From Octopus sinensis (taxonomy: Eukaryota): 64,000 nucleotides of DNA. The stretch is taken from contig NC_043016.1 in the NCBI RefSeq assembly GCF_006345805.1, positions 28,148,001 through 28,212,000 on the forward strand. Direction: 5' to 3'. Position numbers and translations under genes: made by a program. Below are positions 25,030 to 37,346 of the stretch, piece after piece (the first letter of the stretch is position 1; every line of letters starts with the position of its first letter). Below the pieces are notes generated by a model that was not told the DNA's origin, did no database searches, and saw nothing but the letters and a program-made list of their open reading frames with translations.

Positions 25030-26295
25030 CGAGAGATCATGGATCTGCGCCCAAAGAAATTGTGTCAAATGCTGCTGCTGTGAATAAAGAAGCCAACACG
25101 TGTGTGACAGTCATGCATGTAGCAACTGCATTTGAAAGAGCTCTCTGTCGGTGCTATTGGTTTTTCCTTCTGTCGAGTGCGCTTTTCTCTGGTGTTGACT
25201 TCTTATTTTTCTTTCCCTCGCTTCATTTCCTTTCGTAGAATTTGTCTCCAGTGTGGGCGATCATTTGCGACCTCCTCATCTCAGGACGTCCAGATCAACT
25301 GACTTCGTATGTCTCTTGCAGGCATCCTGGAAACAAAGATGACGTCGTCCGCGTGCTCTTGTGCCAGTGGTTAATACGCCATTCAGGTCTTTTGGGATCC
25401 TTCTGTCTGGCATGCAATGTACATCACCAAGCCAGCGCAGACAACGCTACAGAAGCAGGGTGAGCATGTTGGGTACAGTGGCGGCTCGTAGATAAAATAA
25501 GGGGGGTGCTGCTTCATAAAATTTTCAGCCATTGTTTAATATTGTATAAAAGGAAACAAACATATAAAAAGAATATTTATACATAAACTTGATCGGTTCA
25601 CGTTTTAGCCACTGCCGGGTCATATGTTTAACTTGTTCATTGAACACTGCTGCGAATTCTCCCTTGTTTTTTAAAAATCTCCCTTAAATCACGAAACAAG
25701 GGTGGGGAGTCTGCCCTATTTTTCAAATTCAGGCAGCAACACTGTAGCTGGAAGCAGGGTAATAATCTAATTCTTTATCACGAAGCTCAACACACGTGGT
25801 GTCAAAAAGAAAAACTACCTTTCACCAGCACTCAAAGTTCGGCACTGCGTGAACGGCAACGCTCTTTCTCCCTAGCATGTAGCTTCCTATCTCGGACATG
25901 TGAGCATGCGCACAACAGCCAAACACCACGTTGCTGGAATTGTGAAGCGCAGTTCTATACAAGGATTTTTGTATTTCTTTTCATAAACCAGTGGATGGCT
26001 ACTGACATTAAGCTTAAGGATTATATAATGTACAAGGATAAAGAAAGAATTAAAGAAAAAAGGACTCATTATATTGAATGTTATCGATAAAATCGAGTGG
26101 AAATAAGGGATGCTGCAGTTCCGCAATGCCTATGCACGAGCCGTCACTGAATGGGTATCTTGGCGTGGTTGAGGACTTCGGTGTTGGTGATGCGGTCGGT
26201 CCAATTGATATTCAAGATGCAGCTCAAATTACGAAGGTGGAAGACTGAGATGCCGTTCTTGTCTGGGATAGAAGCTCCACGTCTCATACACAAAC
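25030..26295 (-). mobile_element. RTE-type LINE 3' fragment, split by a hAT MITE
   Basis: CILNINWTDRITNTEVL (about 26160-26230) and RGRRHLCFQDACKR...VANDRPHWR...FKCSC (25100-25380). Confidence 0.75.
25476..26149. mobile_element. hAT-like MITE
   Basis: TIR cagtggcggctcgt / acgagccgtcactg; imperfect 8-bp TSD gttgggta / aatgggta. Confidence 0.8.
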
Positions 26296-26890
26296 ACACA
26301 TTATGTGAGTGATATTTCCAACCGATATTTATAATAGTATCTGATTCAAGTGCATCAATTCTGTTTCAGTACATTTACTAGATTCAATGGGTTTTCTGAT
26401 TGTTTTGATGTACCATCTATCATTAATAAAACTGTCGGCATTTTTGATAACACAGATATGCTAATATTGGATATTCTTCAATCCTATTATAAATAGCAAG
26501 GGCAAAATTCTAGGCATTTAACAAATGTGCCTTCTAAATTCCGCAATCTATATTCGATTTGTGTAATTAGAATTTTTCAGCATTATCCAGTTTCATTCAC
26601 TTAACGACACTTATACAAACAAATAATGTATATTATCACCCTACCGGTAGCCATGGCAACCGGAATTCCCAGTTTCGTTTTTGTCACGAAAAGGTAAAAT
26701 TGTCGGAACTTTCTTTCTGCAGGAGAGGTTGTACCAGCGAGGGTGCTCTGGCCCGCTCAGTCTCTTGCAGCAGGTTTCCAAACACACAGTGCATGTGTCT
26801 GATTTTCCGGAAAATCCACTGCTTTCCTTCACACCGCCTATTTCTGCTTTCACCCCTATTTTAGTGTTTTGTAGGGGTGAATAGGGACAC

Positions 26891-27720
26891 CATGCTGCGA
26901 CTGTACAAACCAGTTCCTGGAAAGAAAAAATATGCCAAAATAGATCCTGAGCGGTTAGAGACCGCCAAAAGAGCTGTCGCCAACGGAATGACACTCAGAA
27001 AAGCAGAAGAGGACTTCAAAATTCCTGAGAGTATTCATCGGCACATCAAGTTGGGGAAAAATATCAAGAAACATAGTGGAAAGACTGTTTTATCTTCAGG
27101 TGAGGACGAAATTCTTGTACAAAGGCTCATGCTGTGCGCCTCTTGGGGCTATCCGATGGACTCCTATGATTTACGACTGATCGTTAAAGGATACCTGGAT
27201 CGCCGAGGTGTCGATGTGAAAAGATTCAAAGGGAATATGCCTGGTGTAGATTGGGCTGAGTCATTTCTCATGAGACATAAAGACAGTTTAAGAGAATGAA
27301 TATGCCAAAATATCAAACGAGCACGAGCCGCCGTCTCTCTATCAACAATAAACTCGTATTTCAACAATTTAGCTGAGAGCTTAGATGGTATACTTGCACC
27401 AAATATTGTGAACTACGATGAAAGAAACCTAACGGACAACATGGGACGGAAAAATGTCATCATCAAAATATCCAGAAGTACAAAATATCCAGAAAAAAAT
27501 TATGAACACCTCTAAAGCATCTACTTCTTTGATGTACACCCCCGTGGCTGATGGTACTTTTCTCCCTCCTTACATTGTGTACAAAGTTGTTAACCTGTAC
27601 GACACATGGACACTTGGTGGGCCAAAAGGTGCCCGATACAACAGAAATAAGTCGGGTTGCTTTGATCTTCAAAGTTTCGGTGACTGGTTTACAACCATAG
27701 CCTTACCTTATCTCATGTCA
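26891..27720 (+). pseudogene. pogo/Tigger-type transposase (psq-like HTH, CENP-B-like HTH, start of DDE_1), disrupted
   Basis: MTLRKAEEDFKIP; WGYPMDSYDLRLIVKGYL; MPGVDWAESFLMRH; NIVNYDE; DGTFLPPYIVYK; stop at about 27297 and frameshifts. Confidence 0.88.
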
Positions 27721-28318
27721 TGTTGAAAATACCTAAATCGTGTTTATTTTGCCAATAATAATCTGTTCATTTCGTGTCACTTTGTTTACCTGTAATACAT
27801 GTAGTCTTTTCAATTCTGTCAATAATCTGTTCACTTCGGCAAAAGAAAGAAGGCACCCAAGGAAGAAAATGCATGGAACCCTACGTGATGCAAAGAAGAA
27901 TGCTTTTATAAGAGGTGGTTTGTGCGTCCTACAAACCAACGAAGAAACGCATGACAAAAACATGTAAGGAGCTTTTTGCCGGATGAGAAAAGGTTCGAGA
28001 AGAACATTCTGCTAGAATAAACCTAGAAACATGTGTTATGTTGAGTGAATGCATGAAATATCAATATGGCCTGTACAAACATAGCAACGAATGCAACATA
28101 GTGAAATAAATGGAACGCAAAAAAAAAAAGAATGAAAAAAGTGCAAATAATACATAAAAACAACATGTGAAAATGTACAATGATACAGAAAGAGGGGATG
28201 AAGGAGTAGATGACTGCGTTTTTGGTGCTGGAAAGGGATGTTTGTTTCTGGGGTGAGGGCTTCAGCAAAAGCGCGCTTCACTCTGTCAATAGATACAGTC
28301 TCGTTCTTTCAATTAATC

Positions 28319-29373
28319 TGTAGCGTGGTTCGGTGATATCCTCACTGTTTGAGAGATATATTAGAAATGATCTCGTGTTAGATAGCAACCATCTTTGGCT
28401 ATTTTGACCCTGTTGTGTCCACTGCTCTGATTGGTTGACACTGGCACAGTTTGTCTCTTCACTTATTTCGCGCCAGTGTGTAAGTCAACCAATCAAGGCC
28501 TTCGGATAAGGTCCCATGATAGTCTTTTGGGGGTTTCACTGGAGCCCACCTCAGGTTATAAAAGGCGCTAGCAAATCACGATTTCTCGTCTTAGGTTCCA
28601 GTCCTTCTCAGGACTGCTCCAGCCAATGACGACACTAACATACACCAGCAACGCAGGACGTTTCCACCACTAACGCTTTCATCTCGACGACGCCTTTCTC
28701 TGCCGCCACCATCACCATCGTCGTCCTTCTACTTCACGTCGTCTCCATCTCCGTCGCTTTCATCTCCAGCAACACCAATACGTACACAGCAACTTGCTCA
28801 GCTTTAAACTCTACGCTGTTATGATTTTCACCAAGGTTAACAGCACAGCACTACCTGCGAGATCTTCTGTACCAATGTAACCTGGCACAGTATTGAGGCC
28901 ACAACCGCTACACGACATGTGTTCAACCGACATGTGTTCAACCGACATTCTGCTTTGTGACCCCAACATCCTGTTACAGGATTACAACTATTGTGTAACC
29001 TTACTACGAACTGGTAAATCAACTCCATCTTGTCTAAAATACTCTGAGAGACTCTTTTCTATGCTCTGTATTTTGTTTTGCCCGCATACACCTTGTTTGT
29101 ACTTCTGTCGCACACACGAACACACAGACACAAACACTTGTCGCATGCACACAGACACACCACTTTGCTAGCACCCATACTTTATCTTGTACACATCTGT
29201 AAATAAAGTCTTTCTTCTCTCATACAGTAGAACGATTGTCGTCCTCATTATTCCTTTTGGCACTTATTCATTTATATCATGTATTTGGCTTCTTCTTTGT
29301 TAGGGCGACCGTGCGGCGTTAAAAAGGAGACATTTCTGTCACCATCTCCTTACGTACGGTCGTTTTCCCTACA
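28319..29373 (+). mobile_element. Probable solo LTR, family A copy 2 (1055 bp)
   Basis: tgtag...ctaca inverted termini, flanks aatc/aatg, CCAAT boxes, tataaaa and aataaa-like signals; homologous to 11131-11885. Confidence 0.65.
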
Positions 29374-30099
29374 AATGTCTATGGTAAAGTATTTGCCAGT
29401 CAAAAATGTGTAAACACAATGTTCATGCGAAAAATATGTAAAACCAGTCTTTTGAAATTTACAATCACGCAAAATAATTCATTGTGTACAGAGTCCACTT
29501 TGACATGTTAGTGAATAACGTGGTAAATGGTGAAGAATAATTCTACAAGCGTCGCAATAAGAAGATGCTGGAATCCAAAATAACACAGAAGACAAGTGTT
29601 TACTGAAAGAAAAGGGGGGCGCCAAAGGGTGGAATACGGTTCGGGGATTGCAGGAGCGGCATTGGAATCGCAACAGTGCATCTAGTTGGGAGGTACCGTT
29701 GAGTGATATTGCTTGAAGATTCTGTCCTGCAAGGTAACCGGCAAGTGAAGTCGAAGTTGCGAACGAAAATGACTGAAGGGTACCTCGCAATGAAGACAAG
29801 CCAGAGCTCCCCCATTCTCCGGCTGTGACAAGCGACGACAAATGCCGAACTGGGAATAAGAAGGCATCAAGAAATTTTGCGTACTCACTGGAAATGTAAC
29901 CGCATATTTTACTGCTATTTTCAGCAAGTAGATGACGCTGTGTAAGACTGAAGTAATGCCTCGTGAAACTTGAGGAAAACTGCCAAGACGTTGTTAGAAT
30001 GACATACCCGTCCAGTTTTTCGCGTGAAAAACTGCAAAGGCATCAGCCGCAATGAAGTCCTTAGTTATAGGCTCTGCAAGTCATTGACCAAATGGAAAA

Positions 30100-33040
30100 A
30101 TTTGACCGCTGTAAAATTCATAGTTTTCCACATGTAATAGAGCTGATAATGTAGAGGTAATTATGAAGTTGAACGTCGCAAATCATACGCGGCAATAGCT
30201 GATTAAACGAAAGCTGTAGATCTTTTAGCTCAGGGTCACCAATTTGTAAAGGACCGTGTGATGCGAGATAACCAGAGTTGACGTTGGACAACACACGGTC
30301 CCTAGAATATAAGTAAGATTGACTGCGACATGTATGCAAAGAGAAAAGTGAGAGACAACAGCGTAGAATGTTTATGAAAGATTTATTGATATATTTACAT
30401 GTGTATGCGTGTGTGTGAGCATAGGTGTATGTGTGTGCGTTGTATGTATATAGCAATGAAGACGAAGATAGGGAAAGAGTCTATAGTGAGAAGTTAGATG
30501 TTCATAGACACAAGAACGAGAATATCTGTTCGTGATCAACTAACTGTACACGGGTTGTTGCGATGCTATATCAAGACGTTGTGACTGTAATGCGGATCCA
30601 GTTGCGGTACGTAAAGTTGTGGCTGTGATGTTGAGCCGGTCTCTTGATACAGGAGTCCTCGCAGGTTGTAATATTCACCGTTAATCCGTGGAGCTAACTC
30701 ACAAATGGTGAATTGAAGCGTTGAAACCATGGCGAGTTGTTTGTTGTGCTGTGTACGTAGAGAGATGATGTTGACGACGTTGGTGAGACATGATGGTGGC
30801 GACGAAGATAGAGGTCGCTGGAACTGGCTGTCTTGTGTGATCAGTGGATAGACCTAAGAAGGTCTTAAATAACAGATTTCTTTATTTACCTATACAGGTA
30901 CACGTAGAGGGGACACTTCAAGAGACGAATGCTTACAAACGGATGGGGTTACAATGAAACGAAAATAAATCGAATGATGAATATAAAAAGATGAAATCGA
31001 ATTATGTACAATTAAATTGCAAATATAATGTTCTTGGTTCATTTTTAACCCACCGGTTTTTATTTCCTTTGGGGGTTTCTTTCCTACGTTTTTCCACCCT
31101 CTTTTTCGCCTTGACCGGCTATACTGGCACGGCCTCATTCATCCTCAGCTTCCTTACTTCAGACATCCATCTTTTTCCGAAAGTACTTTGCGGCAAGCCC
31201 CTTTTCTCAAGACGGATCTTCCTCAACAAGTGGAAGTTAAAATGACTTACCAACCCATGTCAGGAGATGAAGTGACCTGTCCCAATCCCTTTCGCACGAG
31301 TGATCCATACTGTTTCTTTCAGTATGGCCACTGCGCAGAGAAAAGATGCCTTCTTTTCCTTGTTGAAGGAAGAAGGCGGTACGATCTTAATCATGGACTC
31401 AGTCGAGAGCCGTACTCTTTCCGCATCCGACACCAATTGTTCGACATAGGTTATCAATGCCCTCAACTCCTTACAGTGTACGAAGGCGTGCGCGACAGTT
31501 TCACTGACGCACCCACCCCTCGGGTATTTGGGGGTGGGTGTCAAGACCGTGTCTAGACAACCTCTCTCGAACCAGTAAGGCTGTGATTGGTAGCACAACC
31601 AAGCCAAGGATTTCTGGTTGTTATCCATGCACCTCGGCCCAAATGTTCCTCCAAACAGGCTGGTCAGTTGTCCCTCATCAAAGCCTAGAGTCTCCCCCAG
31701 GACATCATCGGACTTATACTCCACCAGCCCTCTATAACAATCCGCAGTGGTAACCTCTCTGCCGGTATTGCTCGTTCGTGCGAACAGAGTGAGTGCTTGT
31801 CTGCACTTCTCTGCCAATCTCTCATCCTAGGTCTCCGCTTGATCCACGTACCTAAGTCCCTGAGGGACTTTAATTGTGGAAAGAGTTGCTTGGCATGCGG
31901 TGATCACACCTGCTCACCATCCAGGTAGCGCCTGAGATGTTTCAGCTTCAGCGCATACTTGCGCATCATCAGCCAAAGCATTCCAAGTCTACCCTTTAAC
32001 GCTTTTTGGCAGCATATGGAACACCTCACAAGTGGCGTTTTCCCCTTTCACAAAAAGCGGAAAAGGATCCGTTCCAACTTGGTCATCCACAGACCGGGGC
32101 AAGGCACGACGGTTAGGCGGTAGGTTATTACCGATGCCATAAACACCTGTGCAGCCTCGATCCTTCCTAGCAAGGATAACGTCCTCCCAGACCAGGTCTT
32201 GGTTATGGCCGTCATCTTGCTCGCCACCTCACTCCAGTTTTTCTCCACCTGGAGATCTGGTCCAAACCAGATTCCGAGCAATTTAACCGGGCCCTCCGTC
32301 CAACATCCGACGACGCTGTTGAGAGGCAACAAGCTGCCACGCCAGGTACCTACCAAGCTGCAGGCTGACTGATTTCTCCTGGTTTATTTTTACCCCTGCC
32401 ACTGCTTCGTATCCTTTGATGGCGTCTTCTACAAGAGGTAGCTGCCCTTAATCAGACACGATGATGGTAACATCATCTGCATATGCCGTCACATTTCTTC
32501 CGTAACACAGATCACGCAGGTCTGCCCCAAAGTTCCCAATCTCCACAACAGTGGATCGAGAGCCAATACATACAGCAGCGAGGACAAGAGGAAGCCCTGG
32601 CGAACTGAACGTTCGATCGCGAAGATGTTCGAGAAGAACCCGTTCACCCAGACGACAGATGTTGCAATATAAAGCTTCGATCCAGCCTCGGAGAGTCGGG
32701 CCAGTCCAACCACCGCCAGATACTGATGGTCGACCCTAGCGAATGCCTTAGAATTGTCAAAATTCACCAGTGCCCTACCTTTGCCGGGAACTTTACCAAA
32801 AGGTCTTAAATAACAGACCTCGAGACGAGGAATAGCTGGGTTTTTATAGGGAGCAGTCGACTTAGATTGGAGTTGAGAACAGACTGTCCGACGTGATTTA
32901 TTTGCAGGCTGCGATTGGTTATATCCTACAATTGACACGACAGAGTAAGAGACTAATTGCGCCAATACTAACTAATCAGAGTGGTGGACACAACGGGATC
33001 TAAATAGCAGCCAATGGTTAGCTGTTATTTGCAACGTTGT
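30100..33040 (-). mobile_element. LTR-like family A copy 3, split by a Tx1 LINE
   Basis: 30100-30876 and 32800-33040 are reverse-complement homologues of the 11131-11885 sequence; outer ends approximate. Confidence 0.65.
30877..32799 (-). mobile_element. 5'-truncated L1/Tx1-clade LINE (RT C-terminal half and 3' UTR)
   Basis: KAFARVDH; VRQG..LS.LLY.LA.DPL; YADD; LLGIWFG; WSGRTLSLLGR. A-rich tail at 30877. 18-bp TSD aaggtcttaaataacaga (30859-76 / 32800-17). Confidence 0.9.
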
Positions 33041-34674
33041 GATGTATGCAAGCATTATTAAAAATGCATTGCAGAGCTTGCAATAAATTTATTTCGTTGT
33101 AATGAATTTATTGCATTTTTTTTTTTTTGCAACAACTTAATTGTATTTTTCTTTCGTCGCAATAAATAATTGTAATTAATCGCAATAAATTGCAATGCTC
33201 TCCAGAAAATCCCTTTGTAAAATTTTTACGCATCCAAAAGTGTCATTTTTTGCAAAAATAACAGTATATTTCTAATGAAAGCTCTACTTTCTCAATTTTG
33301 ATTGATCTATTTCTTTGCTGTCCGAAAGATGTTTGGATTACCCGCAATTTTCTAAAAATTCTTACACCGCCTGCCAGAATGACAAAATCGACCACCAATG
33401 TGTGATATGACCTAGGATGGAAAAGCATGCCTACAACACTCCCCTTAGGGCCTATACCACCCCAATAAAGACAGAGAAAACGTATGAATGGAAAAGGACT
33501 ATTAGCAATTAAAATGAGTATGCATTTAACAATTTACATGAGGGGATTGGATGAAACCATACGCGAAACAAGTTCCTTATCCCAAAGACGGTCATTTACT
33601 CTTAAAACCAGTTGCATCTCCAGATACCACCTCCAAAGGGGCTTTAGGTTTTAAGAGGCGGTGAGATAACATAATTGGCGTGCTGCTTTTTACCTATAGT
33701 ATTAATTATGAAGCTAATAATGGTTATTAAAATAAAATGAGATCTCATCAGACATAGGGAAGTTATTAACTTGCAATATATAAAGTAATTTACAACTTTT
33801 GTCAATATTAATTTTTTTTTTTACCATTTCACTGTTAAAAGCTTATACAATCCATTTTGAGAGTAAAACTTATAAGTCATCAAACATTTTAAGTTAGTTT
33901 AATCGTGATACCTCACTTGCCACTTAAGTGGACGCTAGGCGTAACAATTATTTAAAAGTGTGTGTGGCAGGGCACTAGGCATAACAATTACTTAAAACGT
34001 TGTGATGGTGGTGGGGCACTGCAAAAAGAAAATTAAGAGCCAATGCTTTAGGATACCAATTTCAACTATTTGGACATCATGCTCATATCCGAAGACTATC
34101 CACGCTTACAACAAACCAGTACTCCAAGGTATACGTATTTACAAAATGTGCGGAATTTTCAATAGCATTTTAGTCTTTTTTTTTTTCTACTCTAGGCACA
34201 AGGTCCGAAATTTTGGGGAAAAGGGGCCAGTCGATTAGATCGATCCCCAGAATGCAACTGGTACTTAATTTATCGGTCTCGAAAGGATGAAAGGCAAAGT
34301 CGACCTCGGCGTAATTTATTTTAGTTTATTTTAAAGTTTAAAGTTTCTGCACCTGTATTTTCGTTGCTAGGCAACTGGATTATATGTGGGTGACGAGACA
34401 AATGGTTCGCAAATGTCCAAACTCGCTTCACAATCAAATGCCACTTAGTTTTATAATTATTGTTTCTCTCCCTTACTGAATATTGCGTTCCTGTGTTGAT
34501 TTGATTGTTGCGTTGTCGGCTGGTCTGTGGTGATGACTAGTTGAGTTAAATGGAAATATATTTCTTGGATTACGTCAAGCAGTAACTGAACAACACCTGA
34601 GAACATTTAACAAATTTTATTATCGCACATTAAGTCAAACTGTATTGATCTTTTACAGTTAACTGCAATAATTA

Positions 34675-35195
34675 CCGTAAATCCTCGAGTATAATCCGCA
34701 TTTTTTCCCAAAAATTTAAATGTCGAAATCCCTAGTGCGTACTATATACGAGGTCAAAAATGAAAAATATTTCCTAAGCAATGTCCGAGTCTCTATTTGC
34801 TGTCCGGCAATGTTTATTCAGACGCATTTTGTGATGTCGGGCGCGAAAATACCTTAAGCTAAGCCTGAAAGCAATGAAGTCATAAAAGAATCATCCATAA
34901 CTTGCAGTAAGCAACGTTTATTAAATGTTATTACTGTTATTACTGTTATTTCTTTATTTTCTGCAAACAAAATGCACGAAAAAGCTACACGTTTGCATTA
35001 TGTTATATGTACAATAATAATAAAGGATGTTACAGTATACATTTTTACAAACCAAGGACGTTATATAGACCTCCTTGACTCAAGTTAGAGAAGGGGTGCG
35101 TATTATACACAGGGCTTAGGTTTTTCAGAGGTACAGCCCCCTAAAAACCCCTTGCGTATTATACTCAAGGGCGGACTATACTCGAGGATTTACGG
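34675..35195. mobile_element. pogo/Tc1-type MITE family C, copy 1
   Basis: TIR ccgtaaatcctcgagtata / tatactcgaggatttacgg; TA TSD. Confidence 0.9.
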
Positions 35196-36339
35196 TACAT
35201 ACTGGGAGAGATACGCTGTTTGGAGTTTCCGGCACGCTACTTTACAGTAACATGTAGCTTGCCCAACATAACTGGAAACAATTGTGGTATATTCGTGGTG
35301 ACGGAGATTCTTGTCATCTATCTGCCATCTGCCTTAATCGTCTTCCTGGTCGTCTAGCTGTGGCAAGAATGGAGACACATCGCATAGCTGCGTCAACATT
35401 CTGCTATTAGGCTTAGAAGACTTCCTGTATCACCTGGCTAGTATGGAGGTGCACATCGCTCGGCCGCCTTCTAACACTGTCACTGCAAAGAGTTAAGGCA
35501 TTAAAAGCGGCTTTATAAGGAGAAATTTCTACAAGATTGACTCACGCGACGGCTCCACGCTGATCGGCTGCTTATTAAACCGATCGCGTGAAACCACTGT
35601 GGTTCAGTCGTGATGTATGACTGGTTTCCTAGCGGTTCGGTTTCGAATTACCGCTATGCCTGTATGTATTTGGTTCACCTGAAGTAGGCGTTCACTTCTC
35701 CGTGTTCTGTGATTTTTTTTTTCTTATAAATTTTACTATACCCGATCTAAGATTTATTCATGTCTAGAACAACTTCTCTAAATGACTCGAAATTTGAATT
35801 TTGGGTCTTCAAAATATAAATCTTAGCTTTAGCTTTAGAATCCCCTGCGTTTCTCAGCATATTTGGCGGCAAACTTCCTCTACCGGTCGGCTGCTTCTCT
35901 TGCACATCCATTCCATTTAATGTTGACTATCTTCTGGGTATCTTGAAATGTCCGCCGGCAAGTGATCTTCGTCTTGTTCGTTTTACGCTTGCTATCAAGC
36001 GGTGCCCAAGTCATGGCTGTTTTCGAATGTTGTTGATTGGCCAAGAGGAGAAAGTGGCTAAACAAGTAGAATCGGTGCGGTGCTAACGCGGTTAGGATAT
36101 TTTCCAGTCGTCCTTCATAATTTTTTTTTTAGTTCATTCTAGGATCCTTTCATTACTTTTTGCACCTGTATCAGATGCTCTCTTGATTATTTGTAAACAA
36201 CCGGAATTTCAGCAGATTGGATAATAGTGTCAAAAAAAAAAATCTGACCAATAACTGTAAATGATTGTAAACGCTTTCCGAGTGATGATGTCACTATAGC
36301 TTGTACAATCAGATTTGTTCTGGAGCGTATAGAAAGAAG

Positions 36340-37240
36340 GCAATTTACACAGACATCATTGGAACCGCAGTCTAACATTCCTGACAAATTCTCTCCACGA
36401 CTCACGATTTTCCATTGCTTGTGGCAACTGTTCCTTACTGAGAGTTGATTGATGAATGTTCAAGCAAGTCTTCCTGTACTGGTTCCCTCAATAGTAGCTT
36501 GTATATAACTTCCTGCTTACTTCTCCAGCAATGTCCTCTGATCGTAACTGTCTTTGGCAAGTTTCCATATAAACTTTCATTTGTAATACGCTGATGCTAG
36601 TTTATGATTTGTACAACCCTAGGCATTTTGATGTATGCATCATCTAGTTTCTCCTCAAGCGCTTGTGTCGGCATCCATGTACCTGATCCATCCAACAACA
36701 CTGACTCAGATGTCCTGAAGAATGACATTTTGATTTTTCCGGGTAGATCTGACTTTCATATCTTTTCCATTTTATTCAGGCTTTGGTGATTCTAATGTAT
36801 GTGTTCTTTTTTATGAACTTTTCCAGCTGCCCAAATAAACAAAATCATCAACGCGATTAGCACTACACCATCCAGTTTGACAAGATTTCCGTCTTCTTAG
36901 TTTAGTGACATGTACTCTGTCTTTCTAACATTTATGTGTTGATCAGTTTTCCTGGCAGCGAATTCAATTTTATGAAGAAGTTCTTGAGTTTGATCAATGG
37001 TATTTGATAAAAGAGCTGTCATCAGCAAAATTTGTATCACATGCAAGTGTTGGCGGATTTCGCTTACTCGGTCATTAACAATGGCTACCTTCGTGGCATA
37101 ACCCAGAGCGATTATGAAAAGATATGGTGCCAATGTGTCACCTTGAGGGACACCCAATCGGATTTCGAACTCGGTATCACCATCAGGAGACTGAATTCGA
37201 GCTTCCGTGTTTATGTAAAGTGCAATTATAGCAGAAACTA
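36340..37240 (-). mobile_element. Degenerate non-LTR retrotransposon RT fragment (RTE/RTEX-like)
   Basis: GVPQGDTLAPYLFIIAL; ALLSNTIDQTQELL; INVRKTEYM; downstream ALNKMEKI..K.SFFR..ESVLL.G..TW. Confidence 0.75.
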
Positions 37241-37346
37241 TGGCATCAAACGGGTATAATCGTAATATACACCACAGCGCATAGGGTTATATTACGTTTA
37301 AATCGGAATTTAATATGAAAGAAAAAATGGCAGACTTGCACACATA

